DNA of 64,000 nucleotides, from positions 18,880-82,879 of the forward strand of contig JBBQXV010000002.1 of assembly GCA_038209335.1 (NCBI GenBank), read 5' to 3'. Below, in pieces: positions 19,640-29,638 of the stretch. A program made the position numbers and the translations under genes. The notes beneath the pieces are model-generated. The model had not been told where the DNA came from, did no database searches, and saw only the letters and a program-made list of their open reading frames with translations. The stretch's first letter is position 1. Each line of letters begins with the position of its first letter. Origin of the DNA: Polyangiales bacterium. Lineage in GTDB: Bacteria > Myxococcota_A > Polyangia > Polyangiales > Polyangiaceae.

Positions 19640-20608
19640 ATGACTCCGCGCTATGCAGCCGACTACCGAACGATGTTCTGGGCATTCGTGCTCTTTCCGT
19701 TGGTCGCGTTCGCGCATTACTACGACCCGCGCATCATCGGATTCACGCTGCCGATCTCGCTGTATTTCGGATTTTGCGCGGGCGTCTTCTCGCACAACCA
19801 GAACCACTGCCCGACGTTCAAGACGCGCAAGGCCAACGCGCTCTACGCCGCCTACCTGTCGATCTTCTACGGGTACCCGACGTTCGCGTGGATCCCGACG
19901 CACAACTTGAATCACCACAAGTTCGTGAACAAGGCGGGCGACGCGACCATCACCTGGCGCTACTCGAAGAAGAACAACTGGACGGTCGCCTGGACGTATT
20001 TCTTCGTCTCGAGCTACTGGCAGTCGGGTCCGCTCAAAGAGTTCATGAAGAAGGCGAAGGCGACGAACCCCGCGCTCCGCCGGCAGATCGTCACGCAATA
20101 CACGACGGTCGTCGTCGCGCACGTCGCGCTCCTCGCGTTCGGCATCTGGCTGCGTGGGCCGGTGATGGGCTTCGTCGTCTACTTCTTCGGCTTCGCGGTG
20201 CCGGCGCTCTTCGCGCTGTGGTCGATGATGTTCATCAACTACATCCAGCACGTGCACTGCGATCCGTGGTCCAAGCACAACCACTCGCGCAACTTCGTCT
20301 CCAAGCTCGGCAACTTCCTCGTCTTCAACAACGGGTTTCACACCGTGCATCACGAGGCGGCGGGGCAACACTGGAGCCTCGCGCCGGCGGCGCACGCGAA
20401 GATCGCGGCGGAGATCGATCCCGCGCTCTGCCAGCAGAGCATCTTCGGCTTCTGCATCAAGAGTTACCTCCTCGCGCTCTTCAGCGATCGCTTCAAGACG
20501 AAGCAGGTCGGGCGCGCGCCGTACGACCCGCCGGACGGTCGCGTGCTGAACCTGCAGACCGCCGAAGTGCAGGCCGCGGAAGCCGGCGTCAACGCCTCGA
20601 TCGCGTAG
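19640..20608 (+). CDS. Membrane fatty-acid desaturase (acyl-lipid / acyl-CoA desaturase family)
   Basis: Three His boxes are present: HNQNH, HNLNHHKF and HTVHHE. Hydrophobic TM pairs are also present. Confidence 0.85.
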   Translation: MTPRYAADYRTMFWAFVLFPLVAFAHYYDPRIIGFTLPISLYFGFCAGVFSHNQNHCPTFKTRKANALYAAYLSIFYGYPTFAWIPTHNLNHHKFVNKAGDATITWRYSKKNNWTVAWTYFFVSSYWQSGPLKEFMKKAKATNPALRRQIVTQYTTVVVAHVALLAFGIWLRGPVMGFVVYFFGFAVPALFALWSMMFINYIQHVHCDPWSKHNHSRNFVSKLGNFLVFNNGFHTVHHEAAGQHWSLAPAAHAKIAAEIDPALCQQSIFGFCIKSYLLALFSDRFKTKQVGRAPYDPPDGRVLNLQTAEVQAAEAGVNASIA

Positions 20609-20628
20609 TCGATTTCATCGCGTGTAAT

Positions 20629-22020
20629 TTACACGCGTTTGATTTCGCGCGCCGACACGACGAGGAATCGCGCGCCGAGGACGATCGACACGGCGATGAG
20701 GCCGCCGGTCACGCCCCACCACAATCCGCTCGCGCCCCAGCCCAAGCCGAAGCAGAAGAAGAGCGCGAGCGGGAGCCCGACGAGCCAGTGCGCGCCCGCG
20801 ACCGCGAGGAACGGTGCGCGCACGTCGCCCGCACCGCGGAGCGCGCCGGCGGCGACGACTTGCACGCCGTCGAAGAGCTGGAAGATGGCCGCGATGAGGA
20901 GCAGCTTGCCGCCGAGGAGGATCGTCTGCGGCTCGTCGGTGAAGACGTCGACGAGCCAGTAGGGAAAGACCGCAAAGACGATCGCCCATGCGGTCATCGA
21001 CGCGGCGCCGATAGCGATGCCGAGCATGCCGGCGCGTCGCGGCGACCGTCCTTCGCCGACCGCGATGCCCACGCGGATGGCGGTCGCGCCCGCCACGCCG
21101 AGCGCGCCCATGTACGTGAAGCTCGCGAGACCGATGGCGATCTGATGCGCCGAAACGACGCGCGCGCCGAGCTTGCCCGCGAGGAGCGCGATGAGCGTGA
21201 AGACGGCGTACTCCGCGAGCATCTGCAGGCCTACGGGCGCGCCGAGCTTCCACACGAGACGCATCGGCACACGCGCGGCCGTCGCGCCCGCGTCGCGCAT
21301 GCGTCGCGCCGGAATCACGACGAACGCCGTGAGGACGAACGTCGCGACGCTGAGCGCGATCCCGGCGCCGAGCGCGCCGAGCCGCGGGAGCCCGATGGGC
21401 GGAAGGTGCACCATCCGGAGCGCGTCGTCGCCGCGAACGAGCAAGCTGCAGACGACGACGTTGAGGACGTTGGCGACGATCGATCCGACGAGCGCGGGCG
21501 CCGTCGATCCGTGCGCCTGCAAGAAAACCTTGGTCGTGAGAAAGACGCCGATGAGCGCCATCTGCGGGGCTTGGCCGATGAGAAACGATCGCGTGTGCTC
21601 GATGATCGGCGCGTCGACGCCGAGCGGCGCGAGGAAATACGTCACGCCGTACGCGACCGCGAACGACGGCAACCACGCGAGGAGGCACGCGCGCAACGTG
21701 GTGACCAGCCCTTGCCACGCGCGCCCCGGATCCTTCGCGCCGAGCGCTTGCGACGCGAGCGGCTCGAGCCCGGTTGCGAGGCCCATCGACACCGTCACTG
21801 CCGCGAAGCCGATCGCGCGACCCATCGCCGCGCCTGCGAGATCGTCGATCGACACGTGGCCGAGGATGGCCGTGTCGACGAGCGACATCGAGATGAGGCC
21901 GAACTGCGCGAGCGCGATCGGCCACGACAGCCGCACGATCTCCCGAAGCTCGGGCGTTGCGATCGGCGGCGCGGTCTTCAGGTGCGGCCACCGCGCGACG
22001 CTGCGCGTGTCATCGTGCAC
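20629..22020 (-). CDS. MATE-family efflux transporter
   Basis: Twelve TM segments with a typical MATE N-terminus (..LSWPIALAQFGLISMSLVDTAILGHV..). The track start at 22020 is a GTG and overlaps the upstream FG-GAP gene by 43 nt, so the true start is probably further downstream. Confidence 0.8.
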   Translation of the reverse strand: MHDDTRSVARWPHLKTAPPIATPELREIVRLSWPIALAQFGLISMSLVDTAILGHVSIDDLAGAAMGRAIGFAAVTVSMGLATGLEPLASQALGAKDPGRAWQGLVTTLRACLLAWLPSFAVAYGVTYFLAPLGVDAPIIEHTRSFLIGQAPQMALIGVFLTTKVFLQAHGSTAPALVGSIVANVLNVVVCSLLVRGDDALRMVHLPPIGLPRLGALGAGIALSVATFVLTAFVVIPARRMRDAGATAARVPMRLVWKLGAPVGLQMLAEYAVFTLIALLAGKLGARVVSAHQIAIGLASFTYMGALGVAGATAIRVGIAVGEGRSPRRAGMLGIAIGAASMTAWAIVFAVFPYWLVDVFTDEPQTILLGGKLLLIAAIFQLFDGVQVVAAGALRGAGDVRAPFLAVAGAHWLVGLPLALFFCFGLGWGASGLWWGVTGGLIAVSIVLGARFLVVSAREIKRV

Positions 22021-23573
22021 GCTGCGATGGTCGAGCCGAAGCCGTTTCCGGGGGTGGTGTCGCTGGGAACGAGCGAGCCAATCGGTGTGGCGAGATCTTG
22101 TGCGCCCGGTGACACGCGTCGCGCGGAGAAGACGAAGACCTCGCCCGCCGAGGTCGAGCCGGCCGCGCCGGGCGCGCCGATCGCGAGCTGGCCCGTCGTG
22201 AGCTCGTGCACCGCGGATCCGAACGTCGTGACGAGCGGCGGCGCGTCGATGCGTTGGGTCGCGAAACCTTCGACGGCGAACGTGCCGCCGCGGTGGATGT
22301 ACGCCGCGCCCAGGCCGTTCGCGTTGCCTGTCTTCGCGCCGATGATGACGTCGTCAAAGCCGTCACCGTCGAGATCGCCCGCGCAGCCGACGGCGCTCCC
22401 GAAGTGTCCGGCGCCGCTCTCGGGATAGATGAGGACGTGCGCCGGCGAGTCGGCGAGCCCCTTCGCGTTGCCCAGGTACACGAACGCGTTGCCGCCGCCG
22501 CGGTTCATCTCGGGCGCGCCGACGACGAGATCCGCGAAGCCGTCGCCGTTGACGTCGCCGGCGGTGGCGAGCGAAGCGCCGAACGTCGAGTTGGCCGGAC
22601 CGGACAAACGCCACGACACGAAGTCGAGTGGCTTGTCGCGATCGCCGCGGTAGAAATAGACCAGGTGGGGCTCGCCGATGTCCGCGACGATCGCGTCGGC
22701 GAGGCCGTCGCCGTCGACGTCTCCCGACGCCGCGGGGATGGCGCCCTGCCCGAGCGTCTTCGCGGGCTCGGTCGCGATGCCGTTCGCGCCGCCGAGGAAG
22801 AGATCCGCGCCGACGAGCACGTCGCCGTACCCGTCACCGTCGACGTCGCCGAGCCCCGCGACCGCATCGGTGGATGCGTGCAGTCGCTTGGGCGCATTCG
22901 CGTCGAGCCCGTTTGCGCTCCCCATGTAGACGAGCGCCGCCGCCGTGCCGCCGACGCGCGCGCCGACGACGAGATCACCGAAGCCGTCGCCGTTGACGTC
23001 GACCGCGGTGGCGACCGACGAGCCGAGGCCCGGAGCGCTCGTCCCTTTGAGCGTGACCGAAGGGGTGCCGGGCACGCCGCCGGGGTAGATGTCGACGCGC
23101 CCCTCGCCGCCGGATGCGTGCGACGCGCCGATCGCGACCTCGGGGACGCCGTCGCCGTTCGTGTCGAGCGATCCGGGACGCGCGCCGCCGCTGGTCGCGT
23201 GCGTCGCGCCGATCGTGAATTGCCACGTCGGCGTCGACGCCGTGTGCGTGTTCCCCGCGCGCCCGTGGAGCGACCAGAAGTAGACGCCGCTCGCGAGGCT
23301 GGCCGCAGGAGTGAAGTGCGTTCCCAAGACGTCGTGCGCCTCGATGATCTTCGTACACGCGCGGTCGCTGCACAGCGTGAGCACTGCGCCGTCCATCCCT
23401 GGTGCGAGATCCCACGTGAGCGTCGGCCGCGCCGACAGCGACACCGAGGTCGAGAGCGGCGCGAGCGCGTGAAACGTGTGCACTTTGCCGGCGGGCTCGC
23501 CGATGAGGAGCGGCGTGCGGCTGCCGCAAGCGACCAGTAGGATCGCGGCGAAGAGGAAGCGCAGAAGCGTCAT
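21978..23573 (-). CDS. FG-GAP repeat (integrin-alpha-like beta-propeller) lipoprotein
   Basis: Signal peptide plus lipobox MTLLRFLFAAILLVAC|G. It has repeated DxNGDGxxD(L/V)xxGA calcium-binding FG-GAP motifs (DTNGDGVPEVAIGA, DVNGDGFGDLVVGA, DVDGDGYGDVLVGA, DVDGDGLADAIVAD, DVNGDGFADLVVGA, DLDGDGFDDVIIGA). Confidence 0.8.
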   Translation of the reverse strand: MTLLRFLFAAILLVACGSRTPLLIGEPAGKVHTFHALAPLSTSVSLSARPTLTWDLAPGMDGAVLTLCSDRACTKIIEAHDVLGTHFTPAASLASGVYFWSLHGRAGNTHTASTPTWQFTIGATHATSGGARPGSLDTNGDGVPEVAIGASHASGGEGRVDIYPGGVPGTPSVTLKGTSAPGLGSSVATAVDVNGDGFGDLVVGARVGGTAAALVYMGSANGLDANAPKRLHASTDAVAGLGDVDGDGYGDVLVGADLFLGGANGIATEPAKTLGQGAIPAASGDVDGDGLADAIVADIGEPHLVYFYRGDRDKPLDFVSWRLSGPANSTFGASLATAGDVNGDGFADLVVGAPEMNRGGGNAFVYLGNAKGLADSPAHVLIYPESGAGHFGSAVGCAGDLDGDGFDDVIIGAKTGNANGLGAAYIHRGGTFAVEGFATQRIDAPPLVTTFGSAVHELTTGQLAIGAPGAAGSTSAGEVFVFSARRVSPGAQDLATPIGSLVPSDTTPGNGFGSTIAACTMTRAASRGGRT

Positions 23574-23615
23574 GCGCCGATCCATACACCGAAAAGCGTC
23601 GACGAATCTCGCTCT

Positions 23616-24026
23616 TCAGCCGCTCGCCTGCATGCAAAAGATGAGACCGTCGCGCGTCTTCGAGCTCATTCCGCACTGGAATTTTCGAGGTGTGAGGCTT
23701 GACGTGCAGCTCGCCGTGAATCGCGCGAGCGTTCCCTTCTCCGCCATCGCCTGCGAGAAGCCGTTGTAGAGCGCGTCGCGCTCGTCGGTCGTCATCGTGG
23801 TCGCGGGCATTCCCTGGCGCTTCGCCCAGTCGTCCGCGAAGACGACGATCACGTGATCGCGGAGACGCTCGCACGCGGCTCCGCGAAGCTCGGGCGATGC
23901 GAACTCGGGCTCGCGGAGGGGCGGGGGCGCGCGCTGGGCGGCGGGCGGCGGAGCGCTGCTGCACGCGAGGGTGGATGCAACGAGGAGGACGACCGACGAA
24001 ACGATGAACGCGCTGTGGCGGATCAT
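23616..24026 (-). CDS. Small lipoprotein, hypothetical
   Basis: MIRHSAFIVSSVVLLVASTLAC|SS is a lipobox. It has 135 aa and a Pro-rich linker. Confidence 0.5.
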   Translation of the reverse strand: MIRHSAFIVSSVVLLVASTLACSSAPPPAAQRAPPPLREPEFASPELRGAACERLRDHVIVVFADDWAKRQGMPATTMTTDERDALYNGFSQAMAEKGTLARFTASCTSSLTPRKFQCGMSSKTRDGLIFCMQASG

Positions 24027-24103
24027 ACTGCTTCCACCTTCTGCAAATAGTGTGACGCGCGATCGTCACGCGCGCCAACGCGGAAACGCGAACGCCGTCC
24101 GTC

Positions 24104-25270
24104 TCAGGCGGGGATCGCCTCGAGCAAACCCGCCGCACCCATGCCGCCACCGATGCACATCGTCACGATCGCGTATCGTCCTTTGCGACGCCTCAGCTCG
24201 TACAGCGCGGTCGCGGCGAGCTTGGCGCCCGTGCATCCGAGCGGGTGGCCGAGCGCGATCGCCCCGCCGTTCACGTTGAGCCGCTCCTCGGGAATCTCGA
24301 GCGTGCGGACGACGTGGAGCCCTTGCGACGCGAACGCTTCGTTCAGCTCGATGAGGTCGATGTCGCTCATCTTCAAGCCGGTCTTTTGGAGGAGCTTGCG
24401 CACAGCCGGGATCGGACCAATCCCCATGATGGCCGGATCGACGCCCGCGGTCGCGAACGCGCGAAAGTAGCCGAGCCCTTTGATCCCGAGCGCGTCGGCC
24501 TTCGCCTTGCTCATCAGGATCGCCGCTGCGGCGCCATCAGAGAGAGGCGAGCTGTTGCCCGCGGTGACGCTCCCCGTCATCGAGAACGCCGGCTTCAGCT
24601 GCGCGAGCCCTTCGGCCGTCGTCTCGGCGCGGATCAGCTCGTCCTTCCGAAAGTCGAACTCGACGTGCTTGCCCGCTTCGAAGCGAACCGCCTTCACCGG
24701 GACGATCTCGCTATCGAACTTGCCGGCCTTCTGCGCGGCCGACGCCTTCTGTTGGCTCTTCAACGCGAAGGCGTCTTGATCCGCGCGCGCGACGTTGAAC
24801 TTCTTTGCGACGTTCTCGGCCGTGATTCCCATCGGCGTGTACACCGAGGCGACGCGCTTCATCGCCTCGGGCGACGCCGACAGCTTGTTGCCCGTCATCG
24901 GGACCATCGACATCGACTCGACGCCGCCAGCGATCGCGATGTCGTTCGTCCCCATCGCGATCGCTCCCGCCGCGATCGCGAGCGCCTGGAGACCGCTCGA
25001 GCAGAAGCGGTTGATGGTCATCGCGCTCGTCTCTTCGGGGAGCCCGCCGAGAAGCCCGACCACGCGCGCGACGTTCAGCCCTTGCTCGCCCTCGGGCATC
25101 GCGCATCCGAGGATGACGTCCTCGACGTCGGACGGCTTCACTTGCGGCACGCGCGCCATCAACGCGGCGATGACCTGCCCGGCGAGCTCGTCGGGACGAG
25201 TCTGCGCGAGCGACCCTTTGAGCGCGCGACCCACGGCAGAGCGAACGGCTTCGACGATGACGATGTCCAT
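24104..25270 (-). CDS. Acetyl-CoA C-acyltransferase (thiolase)
   Basis: The ATG at 25268-25270 (MDIVIVEAVRSAVGR) is in frame with track ORF 24104-25561. The active-site Cys context is NRFCSSGLQA, and C-terminal NVNGGAIALGHPLGCTGA motifs are present. Confidence 0.9.
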   Translation of the reverse strand: MDIVIVEAVRSAVGRALKGSLAQTRPDELAGQVIAALMARVPQVKPSDVEDVILGCAMPEGEQGLNVARVVGLLGGLPEETSAMTINRFCSSGLQALAIAAGAIAMGTNDIAIAGGVESMSMVPMTGNKLSASPEAMKRVASVYTPMGITAENVAKKFNVARADQDAFALKSQQKASAAQKAGKFDSEIVPVKAVRFEAGKHVEFDFRKDELIRAETTAEGLAQLKPAFSMTGSVTAGNSSPLSDGAAAAILMSKAKADALGIKGLGYFRAFATAGVDPAIMGIGPIPAVRKLLQKTGLKMSDIDLIELNEAFASQGLHVVRTLEIPEERLNVNGGAIALGHPLGCTGAKLAATALYELRRRKGRYAIVTMCIGGGMGAAGLLEAIPA

Positions 25271-25346
25271 GCGAGCTCCTGAAGAGAGATTCGTGACTGT
25301 GTGAGATAGGCCGTGATCGCTCCGGCGGCAATGCCTCCGAACGGCG

Positions 25347-27170
25347 TCAGGCGCTCGCGGGACGACTCGACGCCGGCTCGTCGTTGAGCGCGGCGCGCAC
25401 GGCCGCGGCGAGTCGATCGGCGTTGAACGGCTTTTGGAGAAAGCTCGCGCGCTTGTCGAGCGCCGAGACGCGCATCGCCGGATGCTCGGTGTGTCCCGAC
25501 ATGTAGAGTACACGCATCGACGGCCGATGCGTTCGCACGTGCGTTGCCACCGTCGGTCCATCCGCGCCCGGCATCACTACGTCCGTGAGGAGGAGATCGA
25601 TCGTCGCCGTCGCGTTGTCGGCGCACGCTATCGCCTCCGTGCCGTCGGACGCCTCGAGGACGTCGAAGCCGCGCGACCGGAGCTGACGTCCCACCGCCGC
25701 GCGCACGTGTGGATCGTCCTCGACGAGCAAGATCGTCCCTTGTGCCTTGCGCGGTGGGCTCATCGGCGGCGCCGCCATCGAGGCGAGCGCGCTCCCGGCG
25801 ACGCACGGCAAGAACACGTCGAACGTCGAGCCACGCCCTGGCGCGCTCTCGATGGTGATTCCACCGCCGCTCTGCCGCACGATGCCGAACACTGTCGCGA
25901 GACCGAGGCCGGTCCCTTTGCCCGGACGCTTGGTCGTGAAGAACGGCTCGAACGCTCGCGCCCGAGTCGCGTCGTCCATGCCGTGCCCCGTGTCGGAGAC
26001 GCGGAGTCGGACGTAGCGACCGGCCGAGAGCTCGCCGAGAGCGTGCGCGCGTGCGTCGTCGAGATCCACCTCGTGCGTCGAGATCGACAAGAGCCCGCCG
26101 CCCGGCATCGCATCGCGCGCGTTGACGGCGAGATTCACCAGCACCTGTGCGATTTGGCTCGGATCGGCCTCGACGGCGGCGATGTCGGGCGCGAGCTCGA
26201 CGTCGAGCCTCACGTCCTCGCCGAGGATGCGCCCCATCATGCGCTGCATCTCGCCGACGATGTCGTTGAGCACGATGATTCGTGGTTGGAGGTGCTGCTT
26301 GCGGCTGAACGCCAGAAGCTGTTGCGTCAGCGCCGCGCCGCGCGTCGCCGCCGCGCGCACGCGCACGACGTCCTCGCTGAGCTTGTTTTCCGTGCCGAGC
26401 TCGCCCGCGATCCAATCGAGGTCCATCTGAATCACGGCGAGGAGATTGTTGAAGTCGTGCGCGATGCCGCCGGCAAGTCGTCCAATCGCTTCCATCTTTT
26501 GCGCTTGGAGGAGCTGCTCTTCGAGGTGCACGCGATCGGTGACGTCGTTGGCGAGCGCGAGCTGGAGCAATCGGCCTTGGAGCACCACCTCGTGAACGCA
26601 GAGCTCGACGTCGAGCACGACGCCGGCCTTCGTTCGGTGACGACCCTTCTTTCCGTCGTCCGGCGCGCGCAGATCGTCGATGGTGAGCGCGAGCAGCTCC
26701 GAGCGCGAGTATCCGTATTTCGCGATCGTGGCGGAGTTCGCGTCGACGATGCGGCGCGTCCTCGCGTCGTAGATCCACATCGGCATCGGGCTGAGATCGA
26801 AGAGCGCGCGATGCGTCTCGGCCGCGTCGCTCGCGTGCTCGTTCGCGTCGGTACCGACGAGGACGAGCTCGGTGACGTGCTCGCCGCTCTCGACGGGAAT
26901 GCAGCGCACGTCGAGGAGGACGAATCCGCGCGGCGACATTCGCGTCGTCTGGTAGTCGGCCGGCGTGCCCGTGCGGCGCACCTCGGCGAACAGGGCGCGC
27001 CGCTCGTCGCGCTCGGGCTCGGGGACGACGTCGAAGATGCTCTTGCCGATCGCGTCGGAAGTGCCGCTCGGATCGCGCACGCTCTCGATGATGCGGTCGT
27101 TTTCGTCCAGGACGAGGACCGCACCCCGGAGGCCTGCAGCGATTGCGCGCCATCGTTCCTCGCCGCCCAT
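25347..27170 (-). CDS. Hybrid sensor histidine kinase with two PAS domains, HisKA, HATPase_c and a C-terminal receiver domain
   Basis: Two PAS segments, then an H-box (IAHDFNNLL), a G-box (DTGHGMD..GTGLGL), and a receiver domain ([11 protein letters not shown]...[11 protein letters not shown]) with a conserved Asp. Confidence 0.9.
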   Translation of the reverse strand: MGGEERWRAIAAGLRGAVLVLDENDRIIESVRDPSGTSDAIGKSIFDVVPEPERDERRALFAEVRRTGTPADYQTTRMSPRGFVLLDVRCIPVESGEHVTELVLVGTDANEHASDAAETHRALFDLSPMPMWIYDARTRRIVDANSATIAKYGYSRSELLALTIDDLRAPDDGKKGRHRTKAGVVLDVELCVHEVVLQGRLLQLALANDVTDRVHLEEQLLQAQKMEAIGRLAGGIAHDFNNLLAVIQMDLDWIAGELGTENKLSEDVVRVRAAATRGAALTQQLLAFSRKQHLQPRIIVLNDIVGEMQRMMGRILGEDVRLDVELAPDIAAVEADPSQIAQVLVNLAVNARDAMPGGGLLSISTHEVDLDDARAHALGELSAGRYVRLRVSDTGHGMDDATRARAFEPFFTTKRPGKGTGLGLATVFGIVRQSGGGITIESAPGRGSTFDVFLPCVAGSALASMAAPPMSPPRKAQGTILLVEDDPHVRAAVGRQLRSRGFDVLEASDGTEAIACADNATATIDLLLTDVVMPGADGPTVATHVRTHRPSMRVLYMSGHTEHPAMRVSALDKRASFLQKPFNADRLAAAVRAALNDEPASSRPASA

Positions 27171-27203
27171 CGCCTCAGCCCCCTCCGTACGACGACGAGT
27201 CTA

Positions 27204-29579
27204 TCAGTTTCTGAGCGGCTTGTTGTTCATGAGCATGAACTGCATACGCTCTTGGCTCTTCGGTTCGCCGCAAAGGCTGATGAACGCCTCGCGCTCGAGC
27301 TCGAGGACCTCGGCTTCGGTCACCTCGCGCGCCGCGCCGCCGACGCCGCCGCACAGAACCTCGGCGAGCTTGCGCGCGATCTTCGCGTCGTGCTCGCTCG
27401 CGTAACCGCCCGCGACGAGCGTGTCGACCATCATCGACAGCGTCGCGATTCCGCTCTCGCCCGGGAGCGTGAACGCGCGCGGCACCGGCGGATGGTACCC
27501 CGCGTGCGCGAGGCCGATCGCGCGCGACTTGGCCTCGGTGACTTGCCGTGCACGATCGAACGAGACGCCGTCGTTGCGGCGGAAGTAACCAATGTGCTTC
27601 GCCTCCTCCGCGGACGTCGCGACCTTCGCGAGCGCGATGTTCTTGAACGTCTGCGTCACGTACTCGTACGTATTCACGTTCGCGCCTTCGGGGATCGCTT
27701 CGAGCGATCGCCAAAGCATGTTCATCGTCCCCGCGCCGCCCGGAATCAACCCGACACCGACCTCGACGAGTCCGCAATACGTCTCGCTCGCCGCCTGCAC
27801 CGCATCGCCCGCGTAACAAAGCTCGAGCCCGCCGCCGAACGTGAACCCGTACGGGGCTACGACCACCGGCACGCTCGCGTACTTCATCCGCTGCGTCGCG
27901 TCCTGATAGCCCTTCACCATCTTGCGGATGTCGTCCCACTGCTGTTGACCCGCCGCCATCACGACGAGAAACAGATTGGCGCCGACGCAGAAGTGCTCTC
28001 CCGTGTTGGCGATCACCATCGCGCAGAAATCCTGCTCGGCGCGCGCGGTCGCGTCGTGGAGCATCTTGATGACGTCCGGATCGATGCTGTTCGCCTTGGT
28101 CTTGAACGTCACGCCGAGGACGCCGTCGCCGAGGTCCCACGCCTCCGCTCCATCGTTCTTGAGAACGGCCGCGCCGCCCTTCTTCAAGATCTCGAACGTC
28201 GCACCGCGTGGATCGATCTCGCGCGCGACGTACTTGTTCTTCGTGAGGTCGAAGACCTCGTTGCCTTTGTAGAACGCGGTCGCGCCGCTCGCCTTCATCT
28301 TCTTGATCGAATCGGGGAGGGCGATTCCGTCCTTGTCCATCCGATCGACGGTCGCCGCGAACCCGAGCGCGTCCCAGGTCTCGAACGGCCCAAGCTCCCA
28401 GTTGTATCCCCACTTCATCGCGTCATCGATCGCGACGACGCTGTCGGTGATCTCCGGAATGCGACGCGCCGAGTAGGCGAGCGATCGCGCGATCGACTTC
28501 CACGCGAACTTGCCCGCGGGTCCGGTGTCGGCGACGAGCTTCTGCAGGCGCGCTTTTGGATCTTCGACCTTCGCGATCTCTTTCGTGACCGCCTTGATCG
28601 CCGGGTCGCCGCCCTTGGCGCGGTAATCGAGCGTCTTGGGATCGAACGTCTCGAGATCCTTCTTACTCGCCCCTTTGCGGTAAAAGCCGCTCTTCGTCTT
28701 GTCGCCGAGGAGCTTCTTCTCGAGCATCGTCTTGATGAACGCGGGGAGCTCGAACACCTTGCGCTCTTCGTCGTTCACGAGCGAGTCGAAGCAGTTTTTC
28801 GCGACGTGCGCGAACGTGTCGAGGCCGACCATGTCCGCGGTGCGGAAGCTCGCGCTCTTGGGGTGGCCCATCGGCGTCCCGCTGATCGCGTCGACGTCCT
28901 CGGGCGTGAGGCCGTCCTCGATCATCATGTGAATGGTCGAGAGCATCGCGTGCACGCCGATGCGATTGCCGACGAAGTTGGGCGTGTCTTTGCCAAAGAC
29001 GATCCCCTTGCCGAGCATGTCCTCCCCGAAGCGTCGGATACGCTCGGTCGTCTTGGGATCCGTGTCGGTGCCGACGACGATCTCGAGGAGCTTCATGTAA
29101 CGAACGGGGTTGAAGAAATGCATCACGAGGAAGTTCTTCTTGAACTGCTCGCTCCGCCCTTTGACCATCTCTTCGATCCGAAGGCCCGACGTGTTCGACG
29201 CGACGACGCAGTCGGCGGGGACGATCTTCTCGAGCTTCTCGAAGAGCGCGCGCTTCGGCTCGATCTGTTCGAGGATCGCCTCGACGACGAGATCGCACGA
29301 CGCGAGCTTTTGCAAATCGTCCTCGGTGTTGCCGATCGAGACGAGGCGCGCGTTTGCTTTGTGCGTGAACGCGGCGGGCTTCGCCTTCAGCGCCTTGTCG
29401 AGGCCGCCGCTCGCGAAGCGATTTCGCGCGGCGGGATCCTTCTTCTCGGTGTCGGTGAGGCTCGGCGGGACGATGTCGAGGAGGACGACCTCGACGCCGG
29501 CGTTTGCGAAATGGGCGGCGATGCCGCTCCCCATGACTCCTGCGCCCACGACTCCCGCGCGGCGGATCGGCTTGCTCAT
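27204..29579 (-). CDS. Fatty-acid oxidation multifunctional protein: N-terminal 3-hydroxyacyl-CoA dehydrogenase fused to a C-terminal enoyl-CoA hydratase (FadN/FadJ-like)
   Basis: VVGAGVMGSGIA is the NAD Rossmann motif. The C-terminal part has the crotonase fold (..ANTGEHFCVGANL..). The length is 791 aa. Confidence 0.9.
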   Translation of the reverse strand: MSKPIRRAGVVGAGVMGSGIAAHFANAGVEVVLLDIVPPSLTDTEKKDPAARNRFASGGLDKALKAKPAAFTHKANARLVSIGNTEDDLQKLASCDLVVEAILEQIEPKRALFEKLEKIVPADCVVASNTSGLRIEEMVKGRSEQFKKNFLVMHFFNPVRYMKLLEIVVGTDTDPKTTERIRRFGEDMLGKGIVFGKDTPNFVGNRIGVHAMLSTIHMMIEDGLTPEDVDAISGTPMGHPKSASFRTADMVGLDTFAHVAKNCFDSLVNDEERKVFELPAFIKTMLEKKLLGDKTKSGFYRKGASKKDLETFDPKTLDYRAKGGDPAIKAVTKEIAKVEDPKARLQKLVADTGPAGKFAWKSIARSLAYSARRIPEITDSVVAIDDAMKWGYNWELGPFETWDALGFAATVDRMDKDGIALPDSIKKMKASGATAFYKGNEVFDLTKNKYVAREIDPRGATFEILKKGGAAVLKNDGAEAWDLGDGVLGVTFKTKANSIDPDVIKMLHDATARAEQDFCAMVIANTGEHFCVGANLFLVVMAAGQQQWDDIRKMVKGYQDATQRMKYASVPVVVAPYGFTFGGGLELCYAGDAVQAASETYCGLVEVGVGLIPGGAGTMNMLWRSLEAIPEGANVNTYEYVTQTFKNIALAKVATSAEEAKHIGYFRRNDGVSFDRARQVTEAKSRAIGLAHAGYHPPVPRAFTLPGESGIATLSMMVDTLVAGGYASEHDAKIARKLAEVLCGGVGGAAREVTEAEVLELEREAFISLCGEPKSQERMQFMLMNNKPLRN

Positions 29580-29638
29580 GTCGACTCTGGCTCCGTGAAA
29601 ACCGAGGCCTCGGGATCGAGGCTTCGGGGCCGCGGAGC

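Noticed and set aside
21978-22020. A 43-nt same-strand overlap between the MATE start and the FG-GAP stop as a real overlapping gene pair
   Set aside because: The track start of the MATE gene is a GTG with no ribosome-binding site. It is more likely that the true MATE start lies downstream, in a non-ATG codon, than that there is a genuine long overlap.
19579-22428. A 949-aa plus-strand ORF across the desaturase and MATE region
   Set aside because: It gives an Arg/Glu/Asp-rich nonsense translation. It overlaps the His-box desaturase frame, and it is antisense to the MATE transporter.
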